The position numbers and the translations under genes are program-made. From assembly GCA_016218255.1 (NCBI GenBank), contig JACREN010000002.1, forward strand, positions 4,029 through 68,028: a stretch of DNA of 64,000 nucleotides, written 5' to 3'. Positions 31,619 to 40,577 of this stretch are shown here, one piece after another; within the stretch, counting starts at the first letter, position 1; every line of letters starts with the position of its first letter. The stretch is from Candidatus Gottesmanbacteria bacterium. GTDB taxonomy: Bacteria > Patescibacteriota > Microgenomatia > UBA10105 > UBA927. The notes under the pieces were generated by a model. It did no database searches and had not been told where the DNA came from. It saw only the letters and a program-made list of their open reading frames with translations.

Positions 31619-33289
31619 ATGCATCCTGAAACCTTAACTCAACGCATAGCAATTATGGGCGAATCCGCGGACTCCGACAGACCACCTGTTTCATCACACC
31701 TTCCGGACATCGTTGAGACACCGATCACAAATAGTAATCCGTATTACGACTTCAATGACATCCTTGAACCTGCCATAAAGAAATATGCCGCTGCTTTCGG
31801 AGGCGGCGGACCGGGAGAGCCTACTGATACAGAAAAAAGCGCAAGACACTTACATTTTATTCTCACCACCAAAAGACAACTCAGTACGGACTGGGATCAT
31901 ACCATCGTTGATAGCAAACCGATTTTTGATGATGATATAAAAATAACCGCAAGAGAAGGGTATCTGCCAATTGAATTAGAGAATATCGACCTCCTATGTC
32001 TATTGGCATTAACGGGAACAGCAGTGAATATAGAAACCGGAAAAGGAGCTAACGCATGGCGCTGGGCAATGTACATCCAAGAGCGATTGGATCTTATTGC
32101 CACAAAATTAGGAAACAAAAGGCACGACAAACTTGGCAGCCCATTTCACAACAGACTTCTAACGCTTCATGACAACCAACCAGTAGTCTTTACCTACACA
32201 TCCAGCAATGGAGCCAGATCTATTGATCTCTTATCGAATCAAATCATTATAGACAAGCCTATTCCGCTTACCGCCTGGGAGAGACTCCAGAAACATGGCG
32301 ATCTTCTTCGTGACTCAACGCTCCCACAGCAATTGGAAAGAATACAAAAACGCCGCAATCATTTTGGAAGCGTGACACTGGACTCTCCGGTTATGACCCC
32401 ACGCGTAAAATATGATGAAACTAAAGATCATTATGCGCTGGATCGGGTTAAGGGCATACAGGTACCAGTCACCAATCAGGTGTCACCAGACAATTATGAA
32501 CCTATTATTCGATATCAAGATCTAACCCGCGAGGTCGACCAGCAACTGTCAGAACCCGAGCTCAATCACCGCATGCAGCTCCAGGCAGATATCCGGGATT
32601 TTGCGGTCTTTATCGCAGGAGAAAGCACAAAAGCAAACCTGGTTCTAGATATTCAAAAAATCAAAAATGATCCAACGCTCAATTCCCGTTGGGAACAAAC
32701 AACCGGCATTCATATAACCGATAACGCGACGCTCTATCACGCAGTCCAAGCTTTGTTTAGAGATACCGGAGTCAAAATTTTTCAGGCACATGCACAGGGA
32801 ATCACCTATTTCGATATCGGTGCAATAGACAAACAAAATAGTTCTCGAAAGGTAAAAAATTATACCCAGGGCCTTCTGCGATGCTGGATGAGAGAGATAC
32901 ACGGAATAGAAGACGAATCCGTAGCGCCGGAAATCCCAAAGTTTTTCACAACAAGCCTGGGCGATGCACCTCCAACGACTGAGAATGAATTTACCAACGA
33001 TGCCCCAATGATAAGCCATACCGGAGGGGTAAACGTCGGACCGTTTGATGATACACAAATTAAAAAAAGAAACGGTTGGCCAATGAATCTCAACGCGCTG
33101 TGTCCACAAGCAAAAAATATACAACTCACACACTGGTATCTGATGCAACTTCTTGTGGGAAGTGTGCAGGAACAATACCTTTCAAAGACAGTCGATGCGT
33201 TTATTGCTATCCTTGCATCGCTCCGACAAGAAAGAAGAACGGCTTTGAAAGAAACATCTGTAATTGGAAAAACATCTAGTGTACAATAA
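31619..33289 (+). CDS. hypothetical protein, 556 aa, no recognisable domain
   Basis: Long intact ORF, soluble, no TM/signal; overlaps downstream hexokinase-family gene start; divergent from 30993-31439 operon. Confidence 0.55.
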   Translation: MHPETLTQRIAIMGESADSDRPPVSSHLPDIVETPITNSNPYYDFNDILEPAIKKYAAAFGGGGPGEPTDTEKSARHLHFILTTKRQLSTDWDHTIVDSKPIFDDDIKITAREGYLPIELENIDLLCLLALTGTAVNIETGKGANAWRWAMYIQERLDLIATKLGNKRHDKLGSPFHNRLLTLHDNQPVVFTYTSSNGARSIDLLSNQIIIDKPIPLTAWERLQKHGDLLRDSTLPQQLERIQKRRNHFGSVTLDSPVMTPRVKYDETKDHYALDRVKGIQVPVTNQVSPDNYEPIIRYQDLTREVDQQLSEPELNHRMQLQADIRDFAVFIAGESTKANLVLDIQKIKNDPTLNSRWEQTTGIHITDNATLYHAVQALFRDTGVKIFQAHAQGITYFDIGAIDKQNSSRKVKNYTQGLLRCWMREIHGIEDESVAPEIPKFFTTSLGDAPPTTENEFTNDAPMISHTGGVNVGPFDDTQIKKRNGWPMNLNALCPQAKNIQLTHWYLMQLLVGSVQEQYLSKTVDAFIAILASLRQERRTALKETSVIGKTSSVQ

Positions 33290-33296
33290 CCTCGAT

Positions 33297-34373
33297 ATGA
33301 TGAAATTTTCTACCCTCCAAACCATTACCGATAATTTTTATAAAGAGCTCCAATTGGCAAAAGCCGGAAAAAAAACGAGCCTGCCGTTTATCAAACACCA
33401 GCTTTCACTCACTCCCAAAGTAAAAAAAGGCGAGGTATTTCAGGTGCTCCGCATCGGCGGATCCATATACCAAAATGCACTGGTGAAACGGATCAACGGC
33501 AAAATCGCCATCGAGCGAAGTGCCCAGCGGCCATTGCCGGTATTTAGAACCCAGGAAATTTTTCTCTCCTTCATCGATCGGGTACTGGATAAATCCGTCA
33601 ATCATCTGGCACTCAACTTCGCCTATCCCATGAAGCCGCTATCCCGTGACGGGTATCTGGACGGTACGCTGGTATCAGGCAGCAAAGAACATGAATTTGC
33701 AGGCCTCGTGGGCAACGCAGTAGGAGAGACGATTGAACGATATATCAAAGACAAACAGAAGCGCACGATCCATACGGCTCTAGCCAATGACACAGTATGC
33801 CTGCTTCTGTCCGGGCTTACCCAATTTCCAAAAAACAATCTCGTCGCCGGCATCATCGGCACCGGACTCAATTTTGCGATATTCTTAGATGAACAAACCC
33901 TCGTCAATTTGGAGTCGGCAAATTTTGACAAATTTCCACAAAGCCAGGAAGGCAAACTCATAGACCAGGGATCCAATCACCCGGGGTCGTCACTGTTTGA
34001 AAAAGAAATTTCCGGCGGCTATTTATACAAAAACTTTAACATCCGCTTAGCCAAAGAAGGACTGGGGTACCCGAACGTTTCTTCAACCAAAGAAATGGAC
34101 AAGGTAGCCTTTAACGACATCCCCAAAGTGTCACTGCTTGCCCGTGAAGTATCTGAACATTCTTCATCGCTCGTGGCCTGCCAGATAGCTGGCATTACAA
34201 AATTGTATAACCGCGACTGCACGGTCGTTATTGAGGGCAGTTTATTCTGGAAAGGGTACCGGTACAAAGAAAACGTCGGCGTCGTATGCCGCCAGCTTGA
34301 ACCGGATCACCAGGTCTCCTTCGTCTTCGTCGAAGAAAGCGGGATTTTAGGAGCAGCGAAACTCATTTCGTGA
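33297..34373 (+). CDS. hexokinase-family sugar kinase
   Basis: Hexokinase signature blocks: VLRIGGSIYQNALV (phosphate-1), LALNFAYPMKP (LGFTFSFP-like), HTALANDTVCLLLSG (connect-1), AGIIGTGLNFAIF (phosphate-2), SGGYLYKN (adenosine). Confidence 0.7.
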   Translation: MMKFSTLQTITDNFYKELQLAKAGKKTSLPFIKHQLSLTPKVKKGEVFQVLRIGGSIYQNALVKRINGKIAIERSAQRPLPVFRTQEIFLSFIDRVLDKSVNHLALNFAYPMKPLSRDGYLDGTLVSGSKEHEFAGLVGNAVGETIERYIKDKQKRTIHTALANDTVCLLLSGLTQFPKNNLVAGIIGTGLNFAIFLDEQTLVNLESANFDKFPQSQEGKLIDQGSNHPGSSLFEKEISGGYLYKNFNIRLAKEGLGYPNVSSTKEMDKVAFNDIPKVSLLAREVSEHSSSLVACQIAGITKLYNRDCTVVIEGSLFWKGYRYKENVGVVCRQLEPDHQVSFVFVEESGILGAAKLIS

Positions 34374-34376
34374 CCG

Positions 34377-34779
34377 GTTTGTCATTGCGAGGAGTCTTCG
34401 ACGAAGCAATCTCTTGTTTATGAGTGTCCATCACTACTTTGTATATATAATGACAAATGTAGTTCATACAACCCTGTATACTGGCGTTACTAATCATTTA
34501 ACTCGAAGAGTATTTGAACATAAATTCCATCAAGGCCCGTCATTTACATCCAAATATAAAGTAAACAGACTTATATATTATGAAATATTTACTGATATTC
34601 GAGAGGCAATACAACGAGAAAAGCAAATCAAAGCGGGTTCAAGACAGAAAAAAATTGACCTTATTCGTTCTATGAATCCTGGATGGGAAGATTTATTTAA
34701 GAAAATAATTGCCTAAATCTACTATCGGAGTAATCAAACAAGAGATTGCCGCGTCACTTCGCTCCTCGCAATGACAAAC
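34377..34779 (+). mobile_element. about 400-bp element with terminal inverted repeats carrying a GIY-YIG nuclease ORF
   Basis: Perfect 18-bp TIR GTTTGTCATTGCGAGGAG (34377-34394) / CTCCTCGCAATGACAAAC (34762-34779) plus inner 14-bp IR GCAATCTCTTGTTT (34406-34419) / AAACAAGAGATTGC (34736-34749); fills the whole hexokinase-xerC intergenic gap. Confidence 0.6.
34420..34716 (+). CDS. GIY-YIG nuclease family protein (small, YhbQ/UPF0213-like)
   Basis: FVYIMTN...LYTGVTNHLTRRVFEH (GIY..YIG, Arg, Glu catalytic pattern); about 98 aa. Confidence 0.75.
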   Translation: MSVHHYFVYIMTNVVHTTLYTGVTNHLTRRVFEHKFHQGPSFTSKYKVNRLIYYEIFTDIREAIQREKQIKAGSRQKKIDLIRSMNPGWEDLFKKIIA

Positions 34780-35732
34780 TATTTCCGGTGAAATTTTGTG
34801 TGAATTTCGCGAAGTTGCGGATTCGTAATGTGTGTATACACTTGCGTTGTGGCAACATTTTTATGCCCCAGCATTTCCTGGATCGCGCGAAGATCCGCAC
34901 CGCCGTGCAGAAGATCTGTCGCAAAACTGTGGCGGAGCCCGTGCGGGGTAATTTTTATGGGCAGCCGGGCTTTTTTCACATATTTTTCCACTAACCGTTG
35001 GACGCTTCGGGCAGTCAGCCGCAACGACTCGCCGCTGGTCTCGCCTTCAACCGGTTTTTTTCCGGAATACCGGATGAATATGGGCTTTCCATCATCTTCG
35101 CGGCCGGACAGATATCGCCGCAACCACTCAGCCGCACTGTCTGATAAAAATACCACGCGCGGCCTGCGGCCTTTACCGATGACGCCGAATTCTTTGCGGT
35201 CCAGATTAATCTGGTCGCGATTGAGTGATACAAGCTCTGATACACGAAGTCCTGTGGAAAACAACACTTCCAAAATCGCTTTGTCCCGCAAACCCTCGGG
35301 CGTTGAAATTTCCGGCATATTGAGCAACCGATCCACCTGCTCACGTTCAAGAAATTTTATGGAACGGCTTTCTGCTTTCGGCAGTTCAATGGTTTCTGGA
35401 GCAAGCGTTTTGACGCCGTGCCGTGTGAGATATTTGAGAAACGACCGGAGGGCAATCAGATGATAATTTTGCGTCACGCGCTTGAGCGATATGCCATGAG
35501 GATCAACGAAACGGGAAAGAAATAAACGGTATTCATGAATCGTATCGGGGGTAATAGCAGAAAGCGGAATAGTTTTCACAGGAGTTTTCACGGATGGAGC
35601 AGAGGAGTCTCCTCTAAGAAATCTCAAAAACCGCTCTAAATAGTGCCGATAGTTGCGGATCGTGAGCCGGGAAACATTTTTCTCAATTTCGAGGTATTCT
35701 AGAAAGTCTTGGATATATTGCTCAAGATTCAT
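34779..35732 (-). CDS. tyrosine site-specific recombinase XerC/XerD family
   Basis: N-terminal SAM-like core-binding domain; catalytic box HGLRHSFATDLLHGGADLRAIQEMLGHKNVATTQVYTHI. Confidence 0.85.
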   Translation of the reverse strand: MNLEQYIQDFLEYLEIEKNVSRLTIRNYRHYLERFLRFLRGDSSAPSVKTPVKTIPLSAITPDTIHEYRLFLSRFVDPHGISLKRVTQNYHLIALRSFLKYLTRHGVKTLAPETIELPKAESRSIKFLEREQVDRLLNMPEISTPEGLRDKAILEVLFSTGLRVSELVSLNRDQINLDRKEFGVIGKGRRPRVVFLSDSAAEWLRRYLSGREDDGKPIFIRYSGKKPVEGETSGESLRLTARSVQRLVEKYVKKARLPIKITPHGLRHSFATDLLHGGADLRAIQEMLGHKNVATTQVYTHITNPQLREIHTKFHRK

Positions 35733-36426
35733 AAATGCCTCTACAATCCATATTGTACGACATAGAGCAAATTGTCAACATATCTTTACAACTGGACGCT
35801 TCAGGTCGGCATACCTTGATTCTCGCGACGGTCAAGGTCCAGACCTCTTCATGCTTTCCTAGTATTTTCCGCCAAGGCCGTGACCATCGCTGCGAAAAGA
35901 TATGCCTCCCAAGCGTCTATAAATGGTAATAAATCTAGCCTCAGTTTTGAGGCTGTAGGATGCCCTAGGAAGGCTTTTCCAGACACACGAGCACTAGATA
36001 GTCATCCAGGCTACAGATAAAAAGTTCATGGTTCATAGTTCATAGCAAAACGAGTTCAGATAAAACAAGGGAATACACAGTAGATAGACTGATGATTGTA
36101 TATTCAATAAAAGTCCATTTTGCGATGATTTTCTACGCGTCGCAACAACGGACGCATACATTTGGGTACGCACACGAGAGAGGTATACGTCGCAAAAGTA
36201 TTCTTGTGCGACATCATAGGTGATTATACTCTGCCAGAGCCAGATCCATAGAAATCCTGCTGTTTGACCCGGGGAATAACTCACAGGAATATACCAACAT
36301 GTATCTGCGCCCCCTGAAGAAGAGACTGTTCTTCTTGGAGTGTCAAATCGGCACAAAATACCACTTCTCCGGATACACCTAAAAACGCCCATTCGGCTTT
36401 TCTATGGACGTCGCAAATAGAGCGTT

Positions 36427-36462
36427 ATTATGCTCTAAACACTAACTTTTGAAGCTAATACT
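36427..36462 (+). repeat. direct repeat copy 1 (ATTATGCTCTAAAC...TTTTGAAGCT)
   Basis: About 29/36 identity with copy at 36607-36652; a third inverted partial copy (TTTAGAGCATA) at 36672-36682. Confidence 0.5.
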
Positions 36463-36606
36463 ACGCTGCTTCCGGTGGTTTATTGAGTGTATTTTGGAGC
36501 GTAAAGACAGCACAAACTGTATCATTTGAAGCTATTTCTGTTCCCCGCTGGCACTCATGTGAACCAAGCAACAAGCCGCTCATGTTTCGGTTTATTTTAG
36601 CCTATC

Positions 36607-36652
36607 ATTATGCTCTAAACTCTTATTTTTGAAGCTGATTTCACCAACATTG
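36607..36652 (+). repeat. direct repeat copy 2
   Basis: See copy 1; both lie in the 1.3-kb ORF-free island 35733-37017. Confidence 0.5.
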
Positions 36653-36956
36653 TGCGCTTCTATATCAATAATTTAGAGCATATCAACAATCTAAACCTCC
36701 ATAATTACGCACACATTGTGTACTCAATCCGAAGAAGAGTAGAACGGTGTTTAATACAGCGGAGGCGAGGCAGGCTTGCCCCCTATGGAGACAGACGTAC
36801 TTTACTTCCCGATACTGTTTGTGAAATGAACACTATTAATACCGTGAAAAGAATTATCTCTCCCGCACCACTTCGCGTGCGGGACAGGCACAAAATAAAT
36901 GTCCTATAGTTTTAAGTTATCCACAAATATATAATATAAATATATCAAACCATATC

Positions 36957-36986
36957 AACGTATCGATGCTTCGCATCGTACGTTGT
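36957..36986 (-). terminator. possible rho-independent terminator for membrane-protein gene 37018-37839
   Basis: Hairpin CGATGC-TTC-GCATCG (extended stem with one bulge) 35 bp past the stop, followed on the minus strand by U-rich tract. Confidence 0.3.
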
Positions 36987-37017
36987 GAACACTACCCTCT
37001 CCCCGACTTCCCTGTTC

Positions 37018-37839
37018 TTATAAATTTCCCCGCCAGCTGGTAGTGATTACTACCAACAAAAACACAACCATACAGACCACAAAAAATTCAATCACATTTT
37101 TCTTGTACAGCTTTTCCACGACATACTGCTGCGACATACCAGATAGGCTATAAAAACAGGTCGTGAAAAAAAGCGCCTGGAGCGTGGTCTTGACAGGTAA
37201 AAAAGAAAACACCCATGATAATTCTGCAAGAAGAAGCGTCAGAGCCAACGATAAATGCCACACTCGCCTGCTCACTCGGCTTCCTAATTCCATAGACCAA
37301 AGCGACTGCAAAAGAAGAGGAAAACTTATCAAAGCGGTGAGCACGGCCACAACACCGCTAGAAAATCTGAATGCCAGGACCGTCTGCATAAGCAAAAAAT
37401 ACGTGAGGATGGTCACCAAAAACCCGATGGATTGTGCCGCGCGCAACAGTGCAATCGTACGATCTGCTGCCACATTGTAAATATTTTCCGTCAGGAGTAA
37501 CGCGTACATGCCCACAGCGTACAACACTGCCACCGGCACCCGCGTGAGCCAACGCACCGGCAATAAAAAATAAAACAGCGCGATCGCAGCGGTAAAAAAA
37601 GTTGGAAGTGTCAGAAGCGTTACCCATTCTATCCCTGCCAAATCTTCACGAAGTCCGAACGCAGCAAACACATACGTCGCAAGCGATAACGCCAATACCA
37701 TCGGATACCGCCAATCAGGGGGAACCAGCTGCGTGAGCACCAAGCCAATGGTCAAAAGCAACGTAATTGCAACTAATTGTTGCCGTCTGGACAATGCCAG
37801 CTTTCTCCCCCACCGTTTCACGAGTAATTGAAGATTCAT
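37018..37839 (-). CDS. hypothetical polytopic membrane protein
   Basis: 273 aa, about 8 hydrophobic helices, no motif recognised. Confidence 0.5.
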   Translation of the reverse strand: MNLQLLVKRWGRKLALSRRQQLVAITLLLTIGLVLTQLVPPDWRYPMVLALSLATYVFAAFGLREDLAGIEWVTLLTLPTFFTAAIALFYFLLPVRWLTRVPVAVLYAVGMYALLLTENIYNVAADRTIALLRAAQSIGFLVTILTYFLLMQTVLAFRFSSGVVAVLTALISFPLLLQSLWSMELGSRVSRRVWHLSLALTLLLAELSWVFSFLPVKTTLQALFFTTCFYSLSGMSQQYVVEKLYKKNVIEFFVVCMVVFLLVVITTSWRGNL

Positions 37840-37874
37840 AATCTGAACATCATAGTGTCCGAGCCTCTTTGGGG

Positions 37875-38600
37875 CTATTTCCAGACAGCATTGGTATACA
37901 CTTTCTGAACATCGTCTAATAATTCTAATTGGTCAATGAAAGCGCCAAGTTGCGTTTGTTGATCTTGGGTAAGCGTAAGCGGGACTACTGGATTCATAAC
38001 AAGCTCAGCAGTTTCAATGGAAAAACCTAATGCAACCAATTTTTGTTTCACGTCGTAGAGTGCGGCCGGCTCTGTATAGACCTCAAATACGTCTTCCGCT
38101 TCCGTCACGTCCTCGGCTCCTGCTTCTATGCCAGCCGCTATCATTGCATCCAGCCCCGCTCCCCCTTTGTGCACGAACAGCACGCCATTTTTGACAAATT
38201 GAAACTGCACCGCCCCCGGTCCGGCCAGCGTTCCGCCGCCGCGTTCGAGTACATTTTTTACGATCGACGTCGTGCGATTCCGGTTGTCTGTTGCCCCCTC
38301 AATGAGTATCGCCGCTCCGCCAGGTCCATATCCTTCATACAAGACCTGCTCAAATACGGTTGCCCCTTCTCCCGCTGCTTTATCGATCGCCCGCTGAATG
38401 GTGTCCTTGGGCATATTCACCTCACGGGCCTTATCCATCGCCAAGCGGAGACGAAAATTACCGTTGGGATCCGTGACGCCGCCGCCTTCCTTTACTGCCA
38501 CCGTAATGGCACGGGAGGCCTTGGTAAAGGCTGCAGCTTTTGCTACATCGGTTGTCGCTTTCTGATGTTTTACTTTAGACCATTTCGAATGACCGGACAT
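37875..38600 (-). CDS. yebC: YebC/PmpR family DNA-binding regulatory protein
   Basis: MSGHSKWSKVKHQKATTD...KASRAITVAVKEGGG...NMPKDTIQRAIDKA. Confidence 0.9.
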   Translation of the reverse strand: MSGHSKWSKVKHQKATTDVAKAAAFTKASRAITVAVKEGGGVTDPNGNFRLRLAMDKAREVNMPKDTIQRAIDKAAGEGATVFEQVLYEGYGPGGAAILIEGATDNRNRTTSIVKNVLERGGGTLAGPGAVQFQFVKNGVLFVHKGGAGLDAMIAAGIEAGAEDVTEAEDVFEVYTEPAALYDVKQKLVALGFSIETAELVMNPVVPLTLTQDQQTQLGAFIDQLELLDDVQKVYTNAVWK

Positions 38601-38760
38601 AGAGAATGCTAAATATCCAATGCTAAATGCTAAACAGAAAAAGAGACGATATCTTTTTGAAATTTACCATTTGGCATTTATCATTTAGCATTACTGATTG
38701 TATCTTCTCCCTTGACATTTCTCAAGAAACCGATACACTCTCCTTCACATCTTATATTTT

Positions 38761-39486
38761 ATGAATGACCGCCCGACTGCCGATGACGCGATACAAGCTG
38801 CACTCCTTCAAAATTGGAAAAACGCCATCCGTATAAATTCCGCACTCATAGACCTGGATAAAACCGATATCGACGCCCTGTGTAGACTTGCCTTTGCCTA
38901 TATGAAAACCGGCCAGGTCAATACGTCCAAACAAACCTATCAAAAGGTGCTCCGTCTGGACGCCTATCACCAAATCGCGCTGAAAAACATGAAAAAATTG
39001 GGTTCTCTCTCAAAAAAAGACCTCATCAAAAGTACACCGCTCCACGCAACGAGTCCGCTTATGTTTCTGGAGGAACCTGGAAAAACAAAAATGGTGGAAT
39101 GCGTGCACATCGCTCCGATTCCAGTGCTTTCCCGGCTCGTCAGCGGGCAGGAGGTGTTTCTGAAAGCAAAAAACCACGTCGTAGAAGTCCGCGATGAGCA
39201 AAACCGGTATATCGCTGCCATACCTGATGATCTTTCGTTTAAGCTGATAAAATTTTTGGCCGGGGGCAATACCTATAAAGCGCTTATCAAGGGAACGGAT
39301 ACAAAATCCGTCAAAATTTTTCTTCGGGAAATGTCCCGGGGGAAAAAATTTGCACAGCAACCGTCTTTCACCTCCACGACCAGCTATATACCGTTTGCCA
39401 AAGGTGGAACAATATCAATAGACACCAACGAGTCCACCGCCATTGATTCAGAAGACAAAGAAGACGATGCCCCTGACGAAGACTAA
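38761..39486 (+). CDS. hypothetical protein with N-terminal TPR-like helix pair and acidic C-terminal tail
   Basis: 241 aa; LAFAYMKTGQVNTSKQTYQKVLRLDAYHQIALKNM TPR-like; tail DSEDKEDDAPDED. Confidence 0.45.
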   Translation: MNDRPTADDAIQAALLQNWKNAIRINSALIDLDKTDIDALCRLAFAYMKTGQVNTSKQTYQKVLRLDAYHQIALKNMKKLGSLSKKDLIKSTPLHATSPLMFLEEPGKTKMVECVHIAPIPVLSRLVSGQEVFLKAKNHVVEVRDEQNRYIAAIPDDLSFKLIKFLAGGNTYKALIKGTDTKSVKIFLREMSRGKKFAQQPSFTSTTSYIPFAKGGTISIDTNESTAIDSEDKEDDAPDED

Positions 39487-40367
39487 GGGGAAGACAGAAA
39501 CCGCTTCTCATACCGCAAGCCTACCCGTATCTCCAAATCACCTGCGTCTGACGGCTTCACAACCAACTGACAGTCAAGCGCGGCGGCAACAACCCGGGCG
39601 GTGACCGATTGCAATACCGATTGCTCACCACTCACAACACACTGGTCCACCCGCGGCGTATCATTGCCAACCCGAACCACAAAAATACCCATACGATTGA
39701 GTAGCCTCCCCACGCGTTTACCCAATGTCGGCATCTCTGTCGTGTTATAGACTGTGGCAGATAAATGTTCACGGCGGATCGCCTCATCTTCGAAAAGTGA
39801 ACCGAGTGCCGTATCAATACGATCGGGATCCAACACCTCGACACCTACTCCATCGGGCTGAGCGGTTTCCATCAGTCCGGTTTGGCGGTTCATAACGATC
39901 TCCTTCATCTGATCCGGCCGAATACTGCGCGTGTTCCATAGCCAAATCAACAACATGGTAATCGGCATATTCGTTCGGGGTAAGAAACGTTGCCCAGAGG
40001 TATCTAAATACCACGGAATAGGGACGCCAAACGCCTCTTCGAGGCTTTTCTGTACGAGTGCGGCACTTTTTTTATCCATCTCTCCCAACTTCCAAAGCGC
40101 ATCAAGTGAATACCTCCCATATCCTCCTACGGCATCGACCTGAACCGCGGCAGGAATGGTAATTTTTATAAATCCTCGTCCTGCCGGATCCCGCGACCAT
40201 ATCACCATGGGATCACCAACGGATAAGACGGTAAGTCGGGATACATCTGCTTTGGCCCCCATGGAAAACAGTACAATGCCGCCGGAAACGAGAACCAGCA
40301 GTACAAACACCAGCAAGACCATCCATCCATACCGGGCACCTAAGCGCTCGTACCGCTTTTTCTGCAT
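39483..40367 (-). CDS. membrane-anchored extracytoplasmic protein, possibly LCP (LytR-CpsA-Psr)-related
   Basis: Single N-terminal TM then about 260-aa external domain; weak LytR_C-like C-terminus; assignment tentative. Confidence 0.35.
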   Translation of the reverse strand: MQKKRYERLGARYGWMVLLVFVLLVLVSGGIVLFSMGAKADVSRLTVLSVGDPMVIWSRDPAGRGFIKITIPAAVQVDAVGGYGRYSLDALWKLGEMDKKSAALVQKSLEEAFGVPIPWYLDTSGQRFLPRTNMPITMLLIWLWNTRSIRPDQMKEIVMNRQTGLMETAQPDGVGVEVLDPDRIDTALGSLFEDEAIRREHLSATVYNTTEMPTLGKRVGRLLNRMGIFVVRVGNDTPRVDQCVVSGEQSVLQSVTARVVAAALDCQLVVKPSDAGDLEIRVGLRYEKRFLSSP

Positions 40368-40371
40368 GGGT

Positions 40372-40518
40372 TTACCACTCCTTTTTGCCTTTTTTGATGA
40401 TCTCTACCTGAGGCAACTGCCATGTGCTCCCGGAGAGCTGTTTTTGCGCCTTTTTTTCTAATTGGGATTTCTTGAGTTTTCGTTTATCCCCCTTATACAT
40501 ATCACCGAATCCGCCCAT
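40372..40518 (-). CDS. small highly basic protein (48 aa)
   Basis: Strong SD GGAGGTG 6 nt upstream of ATG; MGGFGDMYKGDKRKLKKSQLEKKAQKQL...; immediately downstream of tgt. Confidence 0.45.
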   Translation of the reverse strand: MGGFGDMYKGDKRKLKKSQLEKKAQKQLSGSTWQLPQVEIIKKGKKEW

Positions 40519-40577
40519 ATCACGCACCTCCTTCGCCTCGCCGCAGCTTTCGAGCATATAGGTGGGCTCTCTCTATT

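Noticed and set aside
33264-33296. Using the longest ORF start for the hexokinase (MEKHLVYNNLD...)
   Set aside because: It would overlap the upstream gene by 26 bp. The internal Met (MMKFSTLQ) gives a conventional overlap-free start, though the longer start is not excluded.
36033-36392. 119-aa minus-strand ORF and 85-aa plus-strand ORF (36652-36909) in the noncoding island
   Set aside because: Low-complexity translation. No RBS or conserved motif. AT-rich sequence generates chance ORFs. They were kept only as part of the island observation.
36455-36480. SRP (4.5S) RNA domain-IV-like motif CCGGAAGCAGCG on the minus strand
   Set aside because: The flanking sequence does not form the required complementary helix 8 or helix 5. 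The motif is shorter than the conserved GGAAGCAGCC context.
36400-36700. Possible CRISPR array, given repeated 36-bp units
   Set aside because: Only two direct copies plus one inverted partial copy. They are about 180 bp apart and only about 80% identical. There is no regular repeat-spacer periodicity and no cas genes in the window.
35733-37017. tmRNA, RNase P RNA or rRNA fragment in the ORF-free island
   Set aside because: There is no T-loop-like GGTTCGA(A/T)TCC. There is no tRNA-like acceptor end. There is no RNase P P4 consensus (AGGAAAGUCCGG). There is no 5S/16S/23S signature.
35733-37017. Integron-like cassette array next to the integrase
   Set aside because: The recombinase has XerC/D-type motifs rather than IntI-specific features that I can recognise. 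The repeats do not fit attC R''/L''/L'/R' core-site patterns (RYYYAAC...GTTRRRY). There are no cassette ORFs.
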